Part shown: piece after piece, positions 25,925 through 38,359 of the stretch
How positions within the stretch are numbered: position 1 is the stretch's first letter
How the letters are laid out: every line of letters starts with the position of its first letter
NCBI GenBank assembly: GCA_951406725.2
Contig: OX597829.1
Location: 21,266,001-21,330,000, forward strand
DNA: 64,000 bases
Source of the DNA: Octopus vulgaris
Taxonomy: Eukaryota
Reading direction: 5' to 3'
The notes under the pieces: model-generated
The model's database searches: none
What the model saw: the letters and a program-made list of their open reading frames with translations, nothing else
Told to the model about the DNA's origin: nothing
Translations under genes and position numbers: made by a program

Positions 25925-26224
25925 GTATTGTATGTATATAATACACACACACAATTTTTCCTGCTTCCCTTCCTCTTTCCTCTCTTTTTTTTTTTTTTCA
26001 AGTCATATGTCAAGATTTATGACCCATTACAAGTGCTTCTAACAGTGATGAGAAAGTAAGAATCTTAAAGTGGTGGAAGCTTGCCTGCAACGTTTGCAAG
26101 ATACTTGCATTTGTGTGTGTGTGTGGGGGGGGTGTATGTGTGTGTGTGTGTAGTGTGTATGTTTGTATTAACATATTTAAAAATGTATATATATATATGT
26201 ATTTTACAGACATACATTACATAC

Positions 26225-26265
<41 letters not shown>

Positions 26266-26359
26266 CACAGATATAACTGTTTGTAAGAACCTTGTTCCAA
26301 CCACATGCTCTCAGACCATATATATATATATACACACACACACATATATATATATATAT

Positions 26360-26508
26360 TCCGGAGTAAACACATAAATGTGAAACAAGGTGGAAAAAAG
26401 AGTACTCAAATACCAGTGGTAGAGTAATATGCTTTATTCAAAGCAGCAGAAAACTCAACAAAACCTGTTACTCTGAGTTTCTCGTTCCTGTTCATCGGAC
26501 AGTTTTTG

Positions 26509-26509
<1 letters not shown>
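26360..26509 (-). mobile_element. Short (TA)n-flanked repeat with a degenerate hammerhead-like motif (26465-26502)
   Basis: Minus strand: ctgt-CCGATGA-acaggaacga-GAAA-ctcagag-TA-acag. Stems I and III pair. Confidence 0.5.
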
Positions 26510-26545
<36 letters not shown>

Positions 26546-26596
26546 TGTTTTGTTATGAACATATATTTGTATATTTTGAAAATAAGTATTTATATA

Positions 26597-27143
26597 TGTT
26601 TTACTTGTTTCATGCTGGGGCACATCCATGAAGAATTTTTAGTCAAAAGAATCAACCACAGTGTATTTCTTAAAGCCAAGTACTTATTCTATCAGCCCCC
26701 TTTTTCCAAGCTGCTAAGTTACAGGGATATAAACCTGGGCTGTGGAGTTGGAGTCAAAGTTGGAAACAATTAAAGGGTAGCTGGAGTCAGAGTCGTCAGA
26801 GTCAATAAAACTATACCAACTCTGATTCCAACTCCAAATGTCTTTATTCTTTAATATAAACCGGTTATAACATATAGGCCTACTCAAAGTACAAGCGTAT
26901 GTGTATACTATGTGATGTATGTAGACCACAATCACTTATTTACAAAAAGAGTAATCGGAGGTGCCAATAGTACAGGAATTGGGGTCAGATTTGTAGTCAA
27001 AGTTTTTTGTTTCGACTCCACAGCCCCGATATAAATAGACCAACATCAGTTGTCAAGTAATGACAGGGTACAAACACATGCACAAAGGCAAACACACAAA
27101 ACACCCCCACAGACACATATATGTATGTATATATATATATGTT

Positions 27144-27182
<39 letters not shown>

Positions 27183-27330
27183 TTCTTTCAGTTTGCGTCT
27201 ACCAAATCCACTCATAAGGTTTAAATGGCCCAAGGTTATAGTAGATGACATTTACCTAAGGTGTCATGCAGTGGGACTGAACCCAGAACCATGTGACTTG
27301 GAAGCAAACTTCTTTATTATACAGCTACAC
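26597..27330 (-). mobile_element. Old SINE A copy interrupted by a hAT-type MITE
   Basis: Family A segments flank 26735-27028. Confidence 0.75.
26735..27028. mobile_element. hAT-type MITE
   Basis: TIRs ctgggctgtggagttgga / tcgactccacagccccg, 8-bp TSD atataaac / atataaat, internal ggagtc repeats. Confidence 0.75.
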
Positions 27331-27387
27331 ACACATACTATACATACATACACACTCATTCACACACATATACTATACATACATATA

Positions 27388-27442
<55 letters not shown>

Positions 27443-27449
27443 TATATCT

Positions 27450-27925
27450 AAGAAACATCTCTCAGATGTCCTGTGATGCATCCTCAGTGTCATTTCTGAG
27501 ATCCCAGGCTCTTTCATGTCTTTCATCATCAGACCTCACTTTTGATCAGTTGATCAGCCTGGGTTGAACATGTCCCAGCTTATATTCCCCTGTAGCAGCA
27601 AGCAGTACTTGTCTGCTTGCTTTAGCCAAAGCCGCCTAGTGACCTCCTCTGCAGCTTGTTTCAGTATAACAGAGTTTGCGGACCTTGACATTCTTGCACC
27701 CCCAATAACAGCGAGCCCAGTCAGAGTTTTGCAGATTCGATGCCCCCCCCCCCCCCCACAAAACCCTCGGCAGCTAATTTCGATTATCGGTAAAGTTGTG
27801 CATAGACCACTCCTAGTCTCTGCACTACTTTACCAGCTCCTGGTTTTTGACAACTTTCTTCTCATTAAGCTTCTCCATGTGTTCTTCTCAGGCTACAGAC
27901 ACATCCCACATGATCGACTGTTTTG
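27450..27925 (-). mobile_element. HERO-clade (RLE) non-LTR retrotransposon 3' remnant
   Basis: Minus strand: VA*EEHMEKLNEKKVVKNQELVK*CRD*EW / IEISCRGFCG / KQAAEEVTRRLWLKQ, matching the VPWEE..K..KY.EL..C..GW..EVGCRGF..AAE.A.RWLW pattern. Confidence 0.65.
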
Positions 27926-28034
27926 TGATACATAAATTACATATGTTTACACACACACAGACACACACATATGCATATATGCTATGTATTTATATATATT
28001 CATATACATACATGTATATTTACATTGTACACAT

Positions 28035-28065
<31 letters not shown>

Positions 28066-28446
28066 ATATATATACCACACACACATTTATATACATTCTG
28101 TCTCTACGTATACTATATATATATATGTGTGTGTGTGTATGTATATAAACACTTATATATATGCATATATAAGTGTACATATATACATATATGTTTGATT
28201 GTGTGTGCATGTGTGAAAGTGTATGTGGTGTGTATATGGGTGCTGTGTGTGTGTGCGTGCGTAAGCACATCTACATACACATAACCACGCATACACACAA
28301 ATATATACATACATATATATATATATGCACTCATATTCATGTATATACACATATATATTCACGTATATAGACATAAACTCGTTTTCCTGTGTAAATATAT
28401 ACGTTATACCTGTATATATGTATGTATATTTATATATACACACACG

Positions 28447-28457
28447 TAGATAGATAG

Positions 28458-28499
<42 letters not shown>

Positions 28500-28540
28500 T
28501 AGATAGATAGATAGATAGATAGAAAGATAGATAGATAGAC

Positions 28541-28571
<31 letters not shown>

Positions 28572-28581
28572 TGGATAGATG

Positions 28582-28660
<79 letters not shown>
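28447..28660. repeat. (TA)n/(GATA)n/(GACA)n microsatellite
   Basis: Directly visible. Confidence 0.95.
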
Positions 28661-29051
28661 CGTTTGTTATGAGATTGATGCTGTAAGAAAGAGAGAGAGA
28701 GTGTGTGTATGGGAGAGAGGAAGAGAAATGACAGAGAGAAGGCCTTGAGAAAATGAAAGTGAATGAACGTAAGATTGAGAATTAAAGAAACGGAGACATT
28801 GTTGCATATTCATTGATTCACATTAATATATACACGCATAAATTGATATTTTACTACTGCTTAAAGAATTTAGTTTTATAGATTAATTATCAGAAATACA
28901 GAAAGACAGATAGATTGAATGATCGATTGACAGAAATATTGATATTCATATCATACAATTCTATTTTATGTTTATGTTTGTATGTGTGTGTGGGTATGTA
29001 TATATGTATGTGTGTTTATATATATATATGTATGTATATATATATATATGC

Positions 29052-29105
<54 letters not shown>

Positions 29106-29320
29106 TATACGATTGATTTTATATTTTGCTTAGTGACATACATTTGCTATATGTATATATATATATAATAACATTGTTTTAAAACGTATTTAAATATTTT
29201 ACGGAATTCCAATATATACGTTATAATAAAGAAATGGTTAAAAATGGACTGTAACTTCAAATGGAGACGAATGACCTTCCTCACATCAACCAAGAAACCA
29301 AAAAATTGCTTTTAACTTAC

Positions 29321-29341
29321 TTTGCGGGGAGGTGGTTGCAT
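29321..29341 (-). CDS. FCHSD2: First coding micro-exon (MQPPPRK) of an FCH and double SH3 domain protein (FCHSD/Nervous wreck)
   Basis: Minus strand ...ttttttctccag|aatcgaacaaaacaaaa ATG CAA CCA CCT CCC CGC AAA|GTAAGT: A-rich start context, canonical donor, polypyrimidine acceptor giving a 38-nt exon (29358-29321). MQPPPRK is the conserved N-terminus of FCHSD1/2 and Drosophila Nwk. The next exon was not found in the window. Confidence 0.7.
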
Positions 29342-29847
29342 TTTTGTTTTGTTCGATTCTGGAGAAAAAACGGTAATAGGAAACACACAAGTTTATAGAT
29401 GTGACGAAGAGAAGGGTAGTAACGAAAGTGAACCTTTTCTTCTTTTCTTAAAACCAGGATACCACTTTCATAATCAGCATCATCGGTGTAGTCTTAAGGC
29501 CCTGTGGAGCAACAGTAGCGATTAAAATATAGCCATTTTACACCCACTTTCCCTCTCGCGTGCGCTTGCGCACCCTCCTCTTTCTAAATCTTTCTGTCTT
29601 TCTGTTTTACTCCCTCGGTTTTATGTTGCTTCTTTTCTCATTCGTTCCTAATTACTTTACTGTTTTCCGTCTATCTTTTTATCTATTCGTTGCCTCATTC
29701 ATAATCTTCCTCCTCCTGATTATTGTTTTCATTTTCTTATTTTCTCTCTTTGCATAATATATCTTGAAATAGCTCATACTTATTTCACATCGCATTTATA
29801 ACCATTTTAATACATTAATTATACATTTTTTCCCCATTTCGTCTTTC

Positions 29848-29915
<68 letters not shown>

Positions 29916-29928
29916 GTCTATCTGTCTA

Positions 29929-29983
<55 letters not shown>

Positions 29984-30034
29984 GTCTGGCTGTCTATCTG
30001 TCTGTCTGTCTGTCATTCACTTTATTTATCTGTA

Positions 30035-30107
<73 letters not shown>

Positions 30108-30108
30108 G
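29848..30108. repeat. (CTAT)n/(CTGT)n microsatellite
   Basis: Directly visible. Confidence 0.95.
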
Positions 30109-30170
30109 CTTGTCTCTCCATTTTTCTATTATTTATTGGGTCGTCTTTTTCTTTCCCGCTGAGCCTACCT

Positions 30171-30620
30171 CACATACATACATACATACATACATACATA
30201 CATACATACATACATACATACATACATACATACATACATACGTGCATACATACATACATACATTCATACATACATACATACATACATACATACATACATA
30301 CATACATACATACATACATACATACATACATAATACATACATACATACGTACATACATACATACACACACACACACATACATACATACATACATATATGC
30401 ATACATACATACATACATACATACATACATACATGCATTTATACATACATACATACATACATTCATTCATACATACATACATACATACATGCATACATAC
30501 ATACATACATACATACATACATACATGCATTTATACATACATACATACATACATACATACATACATACATACATACATACATACGTACATACATACATAC
30601 ATGCATACATACATGCATAC
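30171..30620. repeat. (CATA)n microsatellite
   Basis: Directly visible. Confidence 0.95.
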
Positions 30621-31095
30621 GTGTCTGTCAGTCAGTCTGTCTGCATGTTTCCTACAAATGATTGCAATTGTCGACAGATACACGAACAGAAAACAATATA
30701 TTTTATAAATTATTTACTCATTTCAAACCTTTAACATTCTATGTATTCATCGAATAGATTTTATACTTCCTACGATATTGGTCTCACTTCACCTATTTTT
30801 AGGCTCACATTTCATGCATTTATTATATACATGGATCTGCCTAGGTGAGCTGTTGCGGCTGCATTTGTTCAAACCGATGCTGCCGCAACCGTCAGCAAGC
30901 ACAACCAGCTACCATCGACAATAATAACAGTGGCAACAATAAACTCTTACTACCTAAAAAGTATTACTACCGCACTAATAGAAATCGTTACCACCTTCCT
31001 CTTATTGGAAATCTCCTCCCTTTATCTTGGAAAGAGCACCTGTTTAACTCCCCCCCCGCCACCGCCTCCGTTATATAAATGAATGAATGAATGAA

Positions 31096-31130
<35 letters not shown>

Positions 31131-31533
31131 ATACTACAATCGCTACGAAGCTTCGTGCTCCATAGTTCTGGACAACGAGAGCTTCCCCCAGTGATTGGGC
31201 GATCTATTACAAACGGTATCCAGATCTACCTCAAATCACATCCTACCGTTCAAAAAGAGGAAGGAAAGGACACAAGCGGATTAATGTACTAGTAGTTGCT
31301 CCTAAATAGCTGAGATGGCCACTCTTGGAATGCCTTTTAAAAAAAAAAAAAAAATCTTTTTATCAAGTCTACTCGACGGATTTGACCCGAGTGTAAATAA
31401 ACATTATTCGGGATCAAATTGAGTGATATGTTATCGATGTGTGTGATACGCGTGTATGATGAGTGTGTATGTGTATGTGTATGTGTGCGTGTGTGACCGT
31501 GTGTGATCGTACGTGTGTGTGTATGTGTGAAAG

Positions 31534-31566
<33 letters not shown>

Positions 31567-32197
31567 CAAAGAAAGAGTATTTCTTTATTCACCATAAGGT
31601 TGAGAAAAAGAGGGGACAAAACAAACGTTGGAGTCAGGGTATAGGGAGTTTCGGTGGACTTTTCTTCCTATAATTAATCGACCCCTATTATCCAATGTTT
31701 AGGACTGGAAGTCTCGTGTTCAGCAACTTCTAGTCCACCAAGGCAACATCAACATCAACATCAACATCAGCATTAGCATCAGCAACAACAACAACTGTCA
31801 TTTATTTCCAGTACTGCATGGCCACCCTTCCAATTAAACATTATCATATTTGAATTACTAAACAGTCTACGGTCCAACAAGGGGGAGGCTTCCACGCGAT
31901 AGTTAGAACTGCAAGAAAACAGCGGCAAAAATTCCTTCGCGTCGCACCTTAATGCTTAAAGAAAGGGCTACAAGTTGCTTTCGACTGAAGTACTTTATCA
32001 GGGGGTGTACTCTATCAGGACTGACCTGAGGCTGAACAACAACTAAACAGTTTATTTTAGGACATTTTCTGTAATTATTTATATGGTTGTTCTTGTTTGT
32101 CCCAAGGTCAGATCTATGTCAAAGGTGCCCCAGCTGTGACTGATATTTTTTTCAAGACTGTTTTATCCATTGCACATATTTTTTTTTCTTTTCCTAT

Positions 32198-32228
<31 letters not shown>

Positions 32229-32655
32229 TTTTTGTAAGGCGGTAGTGTATGGTTTACGTGAAGTTGTGTGTGTGTGTCCGGGGTGGGGGGTGGGGGGTGG
32301 GGGGCAATAGTCCTTTTAGAAATAACAGCCAAACTTCCCTCGAGTTACATTTCTAAAGTCGAAGATACTCCTTTGCCTCTTGACATCCAGGTGGAAGTTC
32401 ACACATTACGATTTGTGCCTCCTTCCTCCGAACCAGTAGCTGAGGACCCGAGAAGCATCTTGACAAAATGTCTTGCAGTTCTTGTTCGAGCTCTATGTGT
32501 TCAGGGAGCAAATCCCGCTGGGGGTCACCTTCGATTTACATTCTTTCGGGATCGATAAAATAAGGTATCAGTCAAGCATTGGGGTCAATGTCCTCGACTA
32601 ACCACCTCCCTTAAAATTTCTATAATAATAATAATAATTATTATTATTGTTGTTG

Positions 32656-32687
<32 letters not shown>

Positions 32688-32913
32688 GGTGGTGGTGGTG
32701 GTGATGATGGTGGTGATGGTGGTGGAGTTGTTGTTAGTAGCGGTAGTGGTGGTGATAGCGGTCAACAGCTAGCTACTTGTTAATTTAAACTAGCAGCGAC
32801 AAGTTTAGCGACAAATCTCCGCAAATCTCAAAAATCTTTCTTAGGATTCCAGAATACCGGATGGCACCTTACGTGCATGTCGATGATGTGTGTCTCAAGT
32901 TGCTTGTGGGTGT

Positions 32914-32958
32914 TTGCTACTGATGACGTGCAAATATGCAGAAATCCAGGCTCAGCAA
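32914..32958 (+). ncRNA. Minimal type-I hammerhead motif, copy 1
   Basis: ttgcta-CTGATGA-cgtg[caaata]tgca-GAAA-tccagg-CT-cagcaa. Confidence 0.55.
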
Positions 32959-33244
32959 TTCCAGCACTGCGGGACGCTTTTGTCTTCTACTGATATTCTT
33001 CTGCGCATTTTTAACACTCTACATCTATATGTGATGCTTTCTCAAGACGAATACAATAGTTCTGTAGTTTTCTACAGCATATCCACGTTGAGTAAGATAT
33101 ACAGAAAGTTATTTTGAAATAACACTGCTTCTGTCACTAATAAGAAACTTTTAGTAATCCTGCTGAACTAGTAATTTGTTAATCACAGTTTTTCTATATC
33201 AGTAGAGGCCAAATTTGTCTAACCGTGCGGTTACTATTGGATGC

Positions 33245-33289
33245 TTGCTACTGATAATGCGCAATTACGCAGAAATCCGGATTTAGAAA
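33245..33289 (+). ncRNA. Minimal type-I hammerhead motif, copy 2
   Basis: ttgcta-CTGATAA-tgcg[caatta]cgca-GAAA-tccgga-TT-tagaaa. Perfect stem II and palindromic stem III. Confidence 0.6.
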
Positions 33290-33669
33290 ATCGAATGTTG
33301 AGACAGATATTATTATATTTCGGGATGGTATATATATATATATATACATATTAAGAATAAAAATAAAACATATAGTGCGTATCGTTATTTTGGGGGGAAA
33401 TTACCATCCTAAACTATAACAATACCTATAATTATCATTTACCACCAGAGGCTCATATTCGTATCACTTACACGTCACTTCAAATCCACAAACTTGGTTA
33501 ACATCCTAATACACACTTTTACTCATACAGGCATTACTGCATTTATACTTGTTTTGCACTAGCTTACTGCATTCACTGAGAAGATAGTTAATACTTTCGT
33601 TCCCTTTTCTACAGACTCTGTTTTTGCTCTCTGAGTTTTATTAATCTCTGTCGTTATCAACTTAGTTTG

Positions 33670-33811
33670 AGTTCACTTTTCACTGAGGTCGATCTTGCCA
33701 TTCATCCCTTTCGAGGGACGGTAAATTAAGTACCAGTTGAGAATTGAAGTTTATGTAATCGACTAACATCCTCACCCAAAAATTTCACGCCTTGTGTCAA
33801 CAGTAGAAAGG

Positions 33812-33815
<4 letters not shown>
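33670..33815 (+). mobile_element. SINE family B (degenerate; another at 32445-32620)
   Basis: gaggtcgatcttgccattcatccc...aattaagtaccagttg...cagtagaaaggattatt. Confidence 0.65.
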
Positions 33816-33855
<40 letters not shown>

Positions 33856-34031
33856 TTTTTTTTCTTCTTTCAAATTTGCTTCCATTTCTTGCCGGGTGTC
33901 TTCCCGACTCCTAGGGCAAAGAAACTCATAGTATACATTGGTAGGCTATTAAACCAAACTCAATAGTTCGTTCATTTAAAAAAAATTTTTTTTTAAAGTT
34001 AAATTAAAATACATGAGCAGCAGTTCTCACA
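33856..34031 (-). mobile_element. Dong/R4-like 3' end fragment
   Basis: Homologous to 1640-1750 (tttcttgccgggtgtcttcccgactcctagggcaaagaaactca..tatacattggtagg). Abuts (ATT)n. Confidence 0.7.
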
Positions 34032-34044
34032 TCTTCTTCTTCTT

Positions 34045-34166
<122 letters not shown>

Positions 34167-34170
34167 CATT

Positions 34171-34675
34171 GAGTGAGAGAGCAGTGCATGCCATCAAAGT
34201 GACACTGGGGTAAAATATACGAAGCCCAGTATACCCATCATGACTACCCGTCTGAAAAGGGTACACCAGGCACTTGCATCACAGCCATATGTGCGCGACA
34301 TGGTGATCTCGTATCAAGATAAACAGCACATGACCTTGCAGGTGGGGCCCAGTTAGAATTTTCTTCTTGTCGAGCAAGCCATCCCGCCCAAAAGGTACCT
34401 GAATAAGGGTTGTTTAAGGATGTTGAACGAAACACCCATGTTTCCAGAGGTGAATTATTAAAACCCCAAAGAATCCCTCTCAACAGACGGCTATGATGCT
34501 TCCCCACTACTTCTGCTCGTGATCAGAGATGCACATATCATCAGCCACTAAGGGAAATGCTCAAATGGTTAAGGTCAAACAATTGACAAGCAAATCTGTG
34601 GTATTAAGCAAAATATTTGCTATAGCTCATCATTTTGCTTAATACCACAGATTTGCTTATCAGTTGTTAGACCTT
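34171..34675. mobile_element. Element D (non-coding, (ATT)n-embedded), truncated copy ending in a 44-bp fold-back
   Basis: High identity to 36112-36667 and 47793-48348. 34632-34675 is the reverse complement of 34571-34614. Confidence 0.85.
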
Positions 34676-34713
34676 TATTATAATTATTATCATCATCATC
34701 ATCATCATCATCA

Positions 34714-34761
<48 letters not shown>

Positions 34762-34763
<2 letters not shown>

Positions 34764-36058
34764 TTCCTTCTTTTTCAAATTTTCTTCCATTTCTCGCCGA
34801 GTGTTTTCCAAACACTTAGGGCAGAAAAGCTCATCGTATGCATTCCCAGATTACACACGCAAATTCACAGGTAAAATATGTATTTAAAAATTAATAAATT
34901 AATAAATTCATGAATGGATGTTGTTTTCACAGCGATAATGCTCTTCTCAGTACATGAATCGTTCCAGTTAACACGATTTTTTGCACTTCCTGTAGGGATG
35001 GTAAGCCTGGTATCAGTTTCAAATAGGTTTCAGTACTTTTTTGCTTTTTTTATCATTCTTAGAGATCCTACAATCACTGGTACTGTAGACGCCTTGAGAT
35101 GCCACATTTTTTCAATTTCTATTAGCAAGTCTTTATATTTACTGATCTTGTCAAATTCTTTCGCCGCTATATTGTGATCGCAAGGAATACTCATGTCAGT
35201 TAATAAACACACCTTTTTTGTCTGATCTTTCATAATAATATCCGGTTTATTAGCTTTTATAGTTTTGCCGATATGTACGGGGAAGTCCTAGAGAATCGAC
35301 ACATTTTCTCCCTCAGTTACAGATTCGGGATGGTGCTTATACTATTTGTCAGCGGTTTTGATTTTATAATGCTGACATATTGTCCAGTGTAAATATTGGC
35401 CGACTCTGTCATGTCTTGCTTTATATTCTACAAGTGCTAAGACTCTACACCCTGAGATTAGGTGGCCTATAGTTTCAATCTCATCGTTACAGAATCGGCA
35501 ATTTGGGTCAGAATCGGCAATTTTATCACATTGGCTTGGTAGTTCCGGGTTAATAAGCTTTGGTCTTGAGTAGCTAATATGAAACCTTCTCTCTCTGCTT
35601 TTAGCCCTGAGCTTCGTAACCATTGATGCGTGTGTTTCTAGTCGACGTTAGCTTGTTTGTTACGGGCCACATACTTGCCATGCAGAGGTTTCTGTTCCCA
35701 TCTGCTAGCTAATTTTTCATGTGCTCTTGTCTTTGCAATTAATTTTATTTTCTTTGCAGCAGCAGTTGGCGCATTTCCTTCAACCTTATCAATCTGATAG
35801 GCATCTAAGAAATCAGTAGCAAATTTTTTGCTCTCTTTCAGAATAGAGTGAAGTTTTTTCGGTCTTTCGTGTTTTTCTACGAGTTTTTAGCATCCAATCG
35901 TTGGTTGTTTCAAGATATTTGGTCAGTCTGATTGTGGTAGTTTTGTACGTAAATTCAAGTTGGATCAAGCCTCGACCTCCCTGAGCTCTGGGAATATAAA
36001 GACGATCCACGTCTGCCTTTGGATGGTGCATCTTATTACAAGTCAGTAGCTTGCGGAA
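34762..36058 (-). mobile_element. Dong/R4-clade RLE non-LTR retrotransposon, 5'-truncated and disrupted
   Basis: MHHPKADVDRLYIPRAQGGRGL; CRFCNDEIETIGHLISGC (CCHC); RHDRV; KPDII..D.SIP..K..KYKDL (PD-D/ExK); VPVIVGSL. 3'UTR ends in (AAT)n. Confidence 0.88.
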
Positions 36059-36111
36059 TTATTATTATTATGATTATTATTATTGTTGTTGCTGTTGTTG
36101 TTGTTGTTGTT

Positions 36112-36667
36112 GACTGAGAGAGCAGTGATTGCCATCAAAGTGACACTGGGGTAAAATATACGAAGCCCAGTATACCCATATTGACTACCCGTCTGATAAG
36201 GGTACACCAGGCACATGCATCACAATCATATGTGCGAGACATGGTGATCTCATATCAAGATAAATAATGCATGACCTTGCAGGTGGGGCCCAGTTAGAAT
36301 TTTCTTCTGGTCGAGTAAGCCATCCTGCTCAAAAGGTACCTGAATAAGGGTTGTTTAAGGATGTTGAACGAACCACCTATGTTTCCAAAGGTGAATTATC
36401 CAAACCTCTAAGAATCCCTCTCAACACACAGCTATGATGCTTCCCCACTACTTCTGCTTGTGATCAGAGATGCAAATATCGTCAGCCATTAAGGGACATG
36501 CTCAACTGGTTATGGTCAAACAACTGACAAGCAAATATGTGGTATTGAGCAGAATATTTGCTGTTGCCCATCTTTTATACCAAGACAAAACAATGTACAT
36601 GATAACACTTCCAATCAGTTAAGATCAGAAGCCATGAGAGCCACTGTCTGGTACTGCATCAGGGCAT
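36112..36667. mobile_element. Element D, full length
   Basis: gactgagagagcagtg...ggtactgcatcagggcat flanked by (ATT/GTT)n. Confidence 0.88.
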
Positions 36668-36668
36668 A

Positions 36669-36741
<73 letters not shown>

Positions 36742-36792
36742 GGTATTCTTAAGACGGCAAGCTGTCAGAATCTTTAGCAAAGTGCTTAGGGG

Positions 36793-37090
36793 TATTATCC
36801 AAACCTCCAAGAATTCCTTTCAACACATGGCTATGATGCTCCCCCACTACTTCTGCTCGTGATCAGAGATGTACATATCATCAGCCACTAAGGGACATGT
36901 TCAACTGGTTATGGTCAAACAACTGACAAGCAAATCTGTGGTATTGAGCAGAATATTTGCTGTAGCCCATCTTTTATACCAAGACAAAACAATGTACATG
37001 ATAACACTTCCAATCAGTTAAAATCAGAAGCCATGAGAGCCACTGTCTGGTACTGCATCAGGGCATATATCATCATCATCATCATCATCT

Positions 37091-37140
<50 letters not shown>

Positions 37141-37196
37141 GGTATTCTTGAGACGGCAAGTTGTCAGAATCTTTAGCAAAGTGCTTAGAGGTATTG
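36793..37196. repeat. Tandem duplication (about 400 bp) of the element D end plus (ATT)n plus the SINE B head
   Basis: Repeats 36394-36796, including ttggtattctt.agacggcaag.tgtcagaatctttagcaaagtgcttag. SINE B continues to about 37330. Confidence 0.85.
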
Positions 37197-37661
37197 CGTC
37201 CGTCTTTACGTTCCACCGCGGTCGACTTTCATCCTTTTGGGGTCGATAGAATAAATGCCAGTCGGGGTCGATGTAATCGTCTTAATCCCTCCCCAGAACT
37301 TGTTGGCCTTGTGCCAAAATTTGAAACCATTACTGTTGGTATACCTATAAAGTCAGAAATCATCTAGTAAGCCAAATCCGCATTTTTATTCGGAAGGGTA
37401 TGTTTTAAGCATCGTACTCTGCGTTTCTTGAAAATAAATATGGTAAGGTTAGAGCAAAATCTTTTTATTTCCCACCCCTCTGTTTTGTAATCTTTTAGTT
37501 GTGTCTTTCCCCAAAATTCACTTTTGATTTGTGATACACATAATTTTCAAATATATTGATCTGAAAAAAAAAAAAATGTCGAAAGAAAGTGAAAACTAAA
37601 ATACTACAAAAAAGAAGGGAGAACTAAAATACATCTTCCTCAATAAACTATTTATTTATTA

Positions 37662-38062
37662 CTAGCAGTATCGCCCGGCGTTGCTTGGATTTGTAAGGGA
37701 AATAACTATATGCATTTTTAGAGATGTAAAGTATAATAGCCATCTCAATATGGCTAACCACAAAAGGGGTGGGGGTGTTACTGGTGCTTTTTACGTTCTG
37801 AGATTTAATAATAAATTTTTAGAGAGTTACGTCCCTTATATATGCCAAAAATGCATTAAAAATGGGAAAAAATTTATGGTAAATTTTTTTTTAAATCGTA
37901 GACTCATCGTAGACGCGCGCTAATACCCAGAAGGGCTCGATATGAATCACGACTATAAGATACCCGGTTTTGGTTAAACTGCACCGCAAAAAATGTGGGA
38001 GTAGTTAGGAATCTAAATCGTAGGAGACAGACAGCACACAACCTCACTTTTATATATAAAGA
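37662..38062 (-). mobile_element. Non-autonomous Helitron
   Basis: Minus strand starts TC(tttatatataaa), ends with the subterminal hairpin region ccaagcaacgccgggcg plus CTAG, and is inserted between A and T. Confidence 0.85.
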
Positions 38063-38359
38063 TTTTAATATTGCAGACACACAATCTACGATGCTTGAAG
38101 CATACATGTCAGAAAGAATTACAGTTTTGGGCCTATAAGAGACCTTCTGGCTGTATTTTTGTTGAAATGTTTTCTTATTACTCTATAATCGTCAGAAGCG
38201 AGGGTGCTGCTATCTCTTTGACAATTGTCGTATGGCACACAGTGCACCTGTTCAGGCAACGTCGATTTGATGGAGAGAGATAGAGAGAGACAGACAGAGA
38301 CAGAGAGAGCCAGTGTGTAGCATAAACATTTGATCACTACAACAAATTATCTGTGCAGG

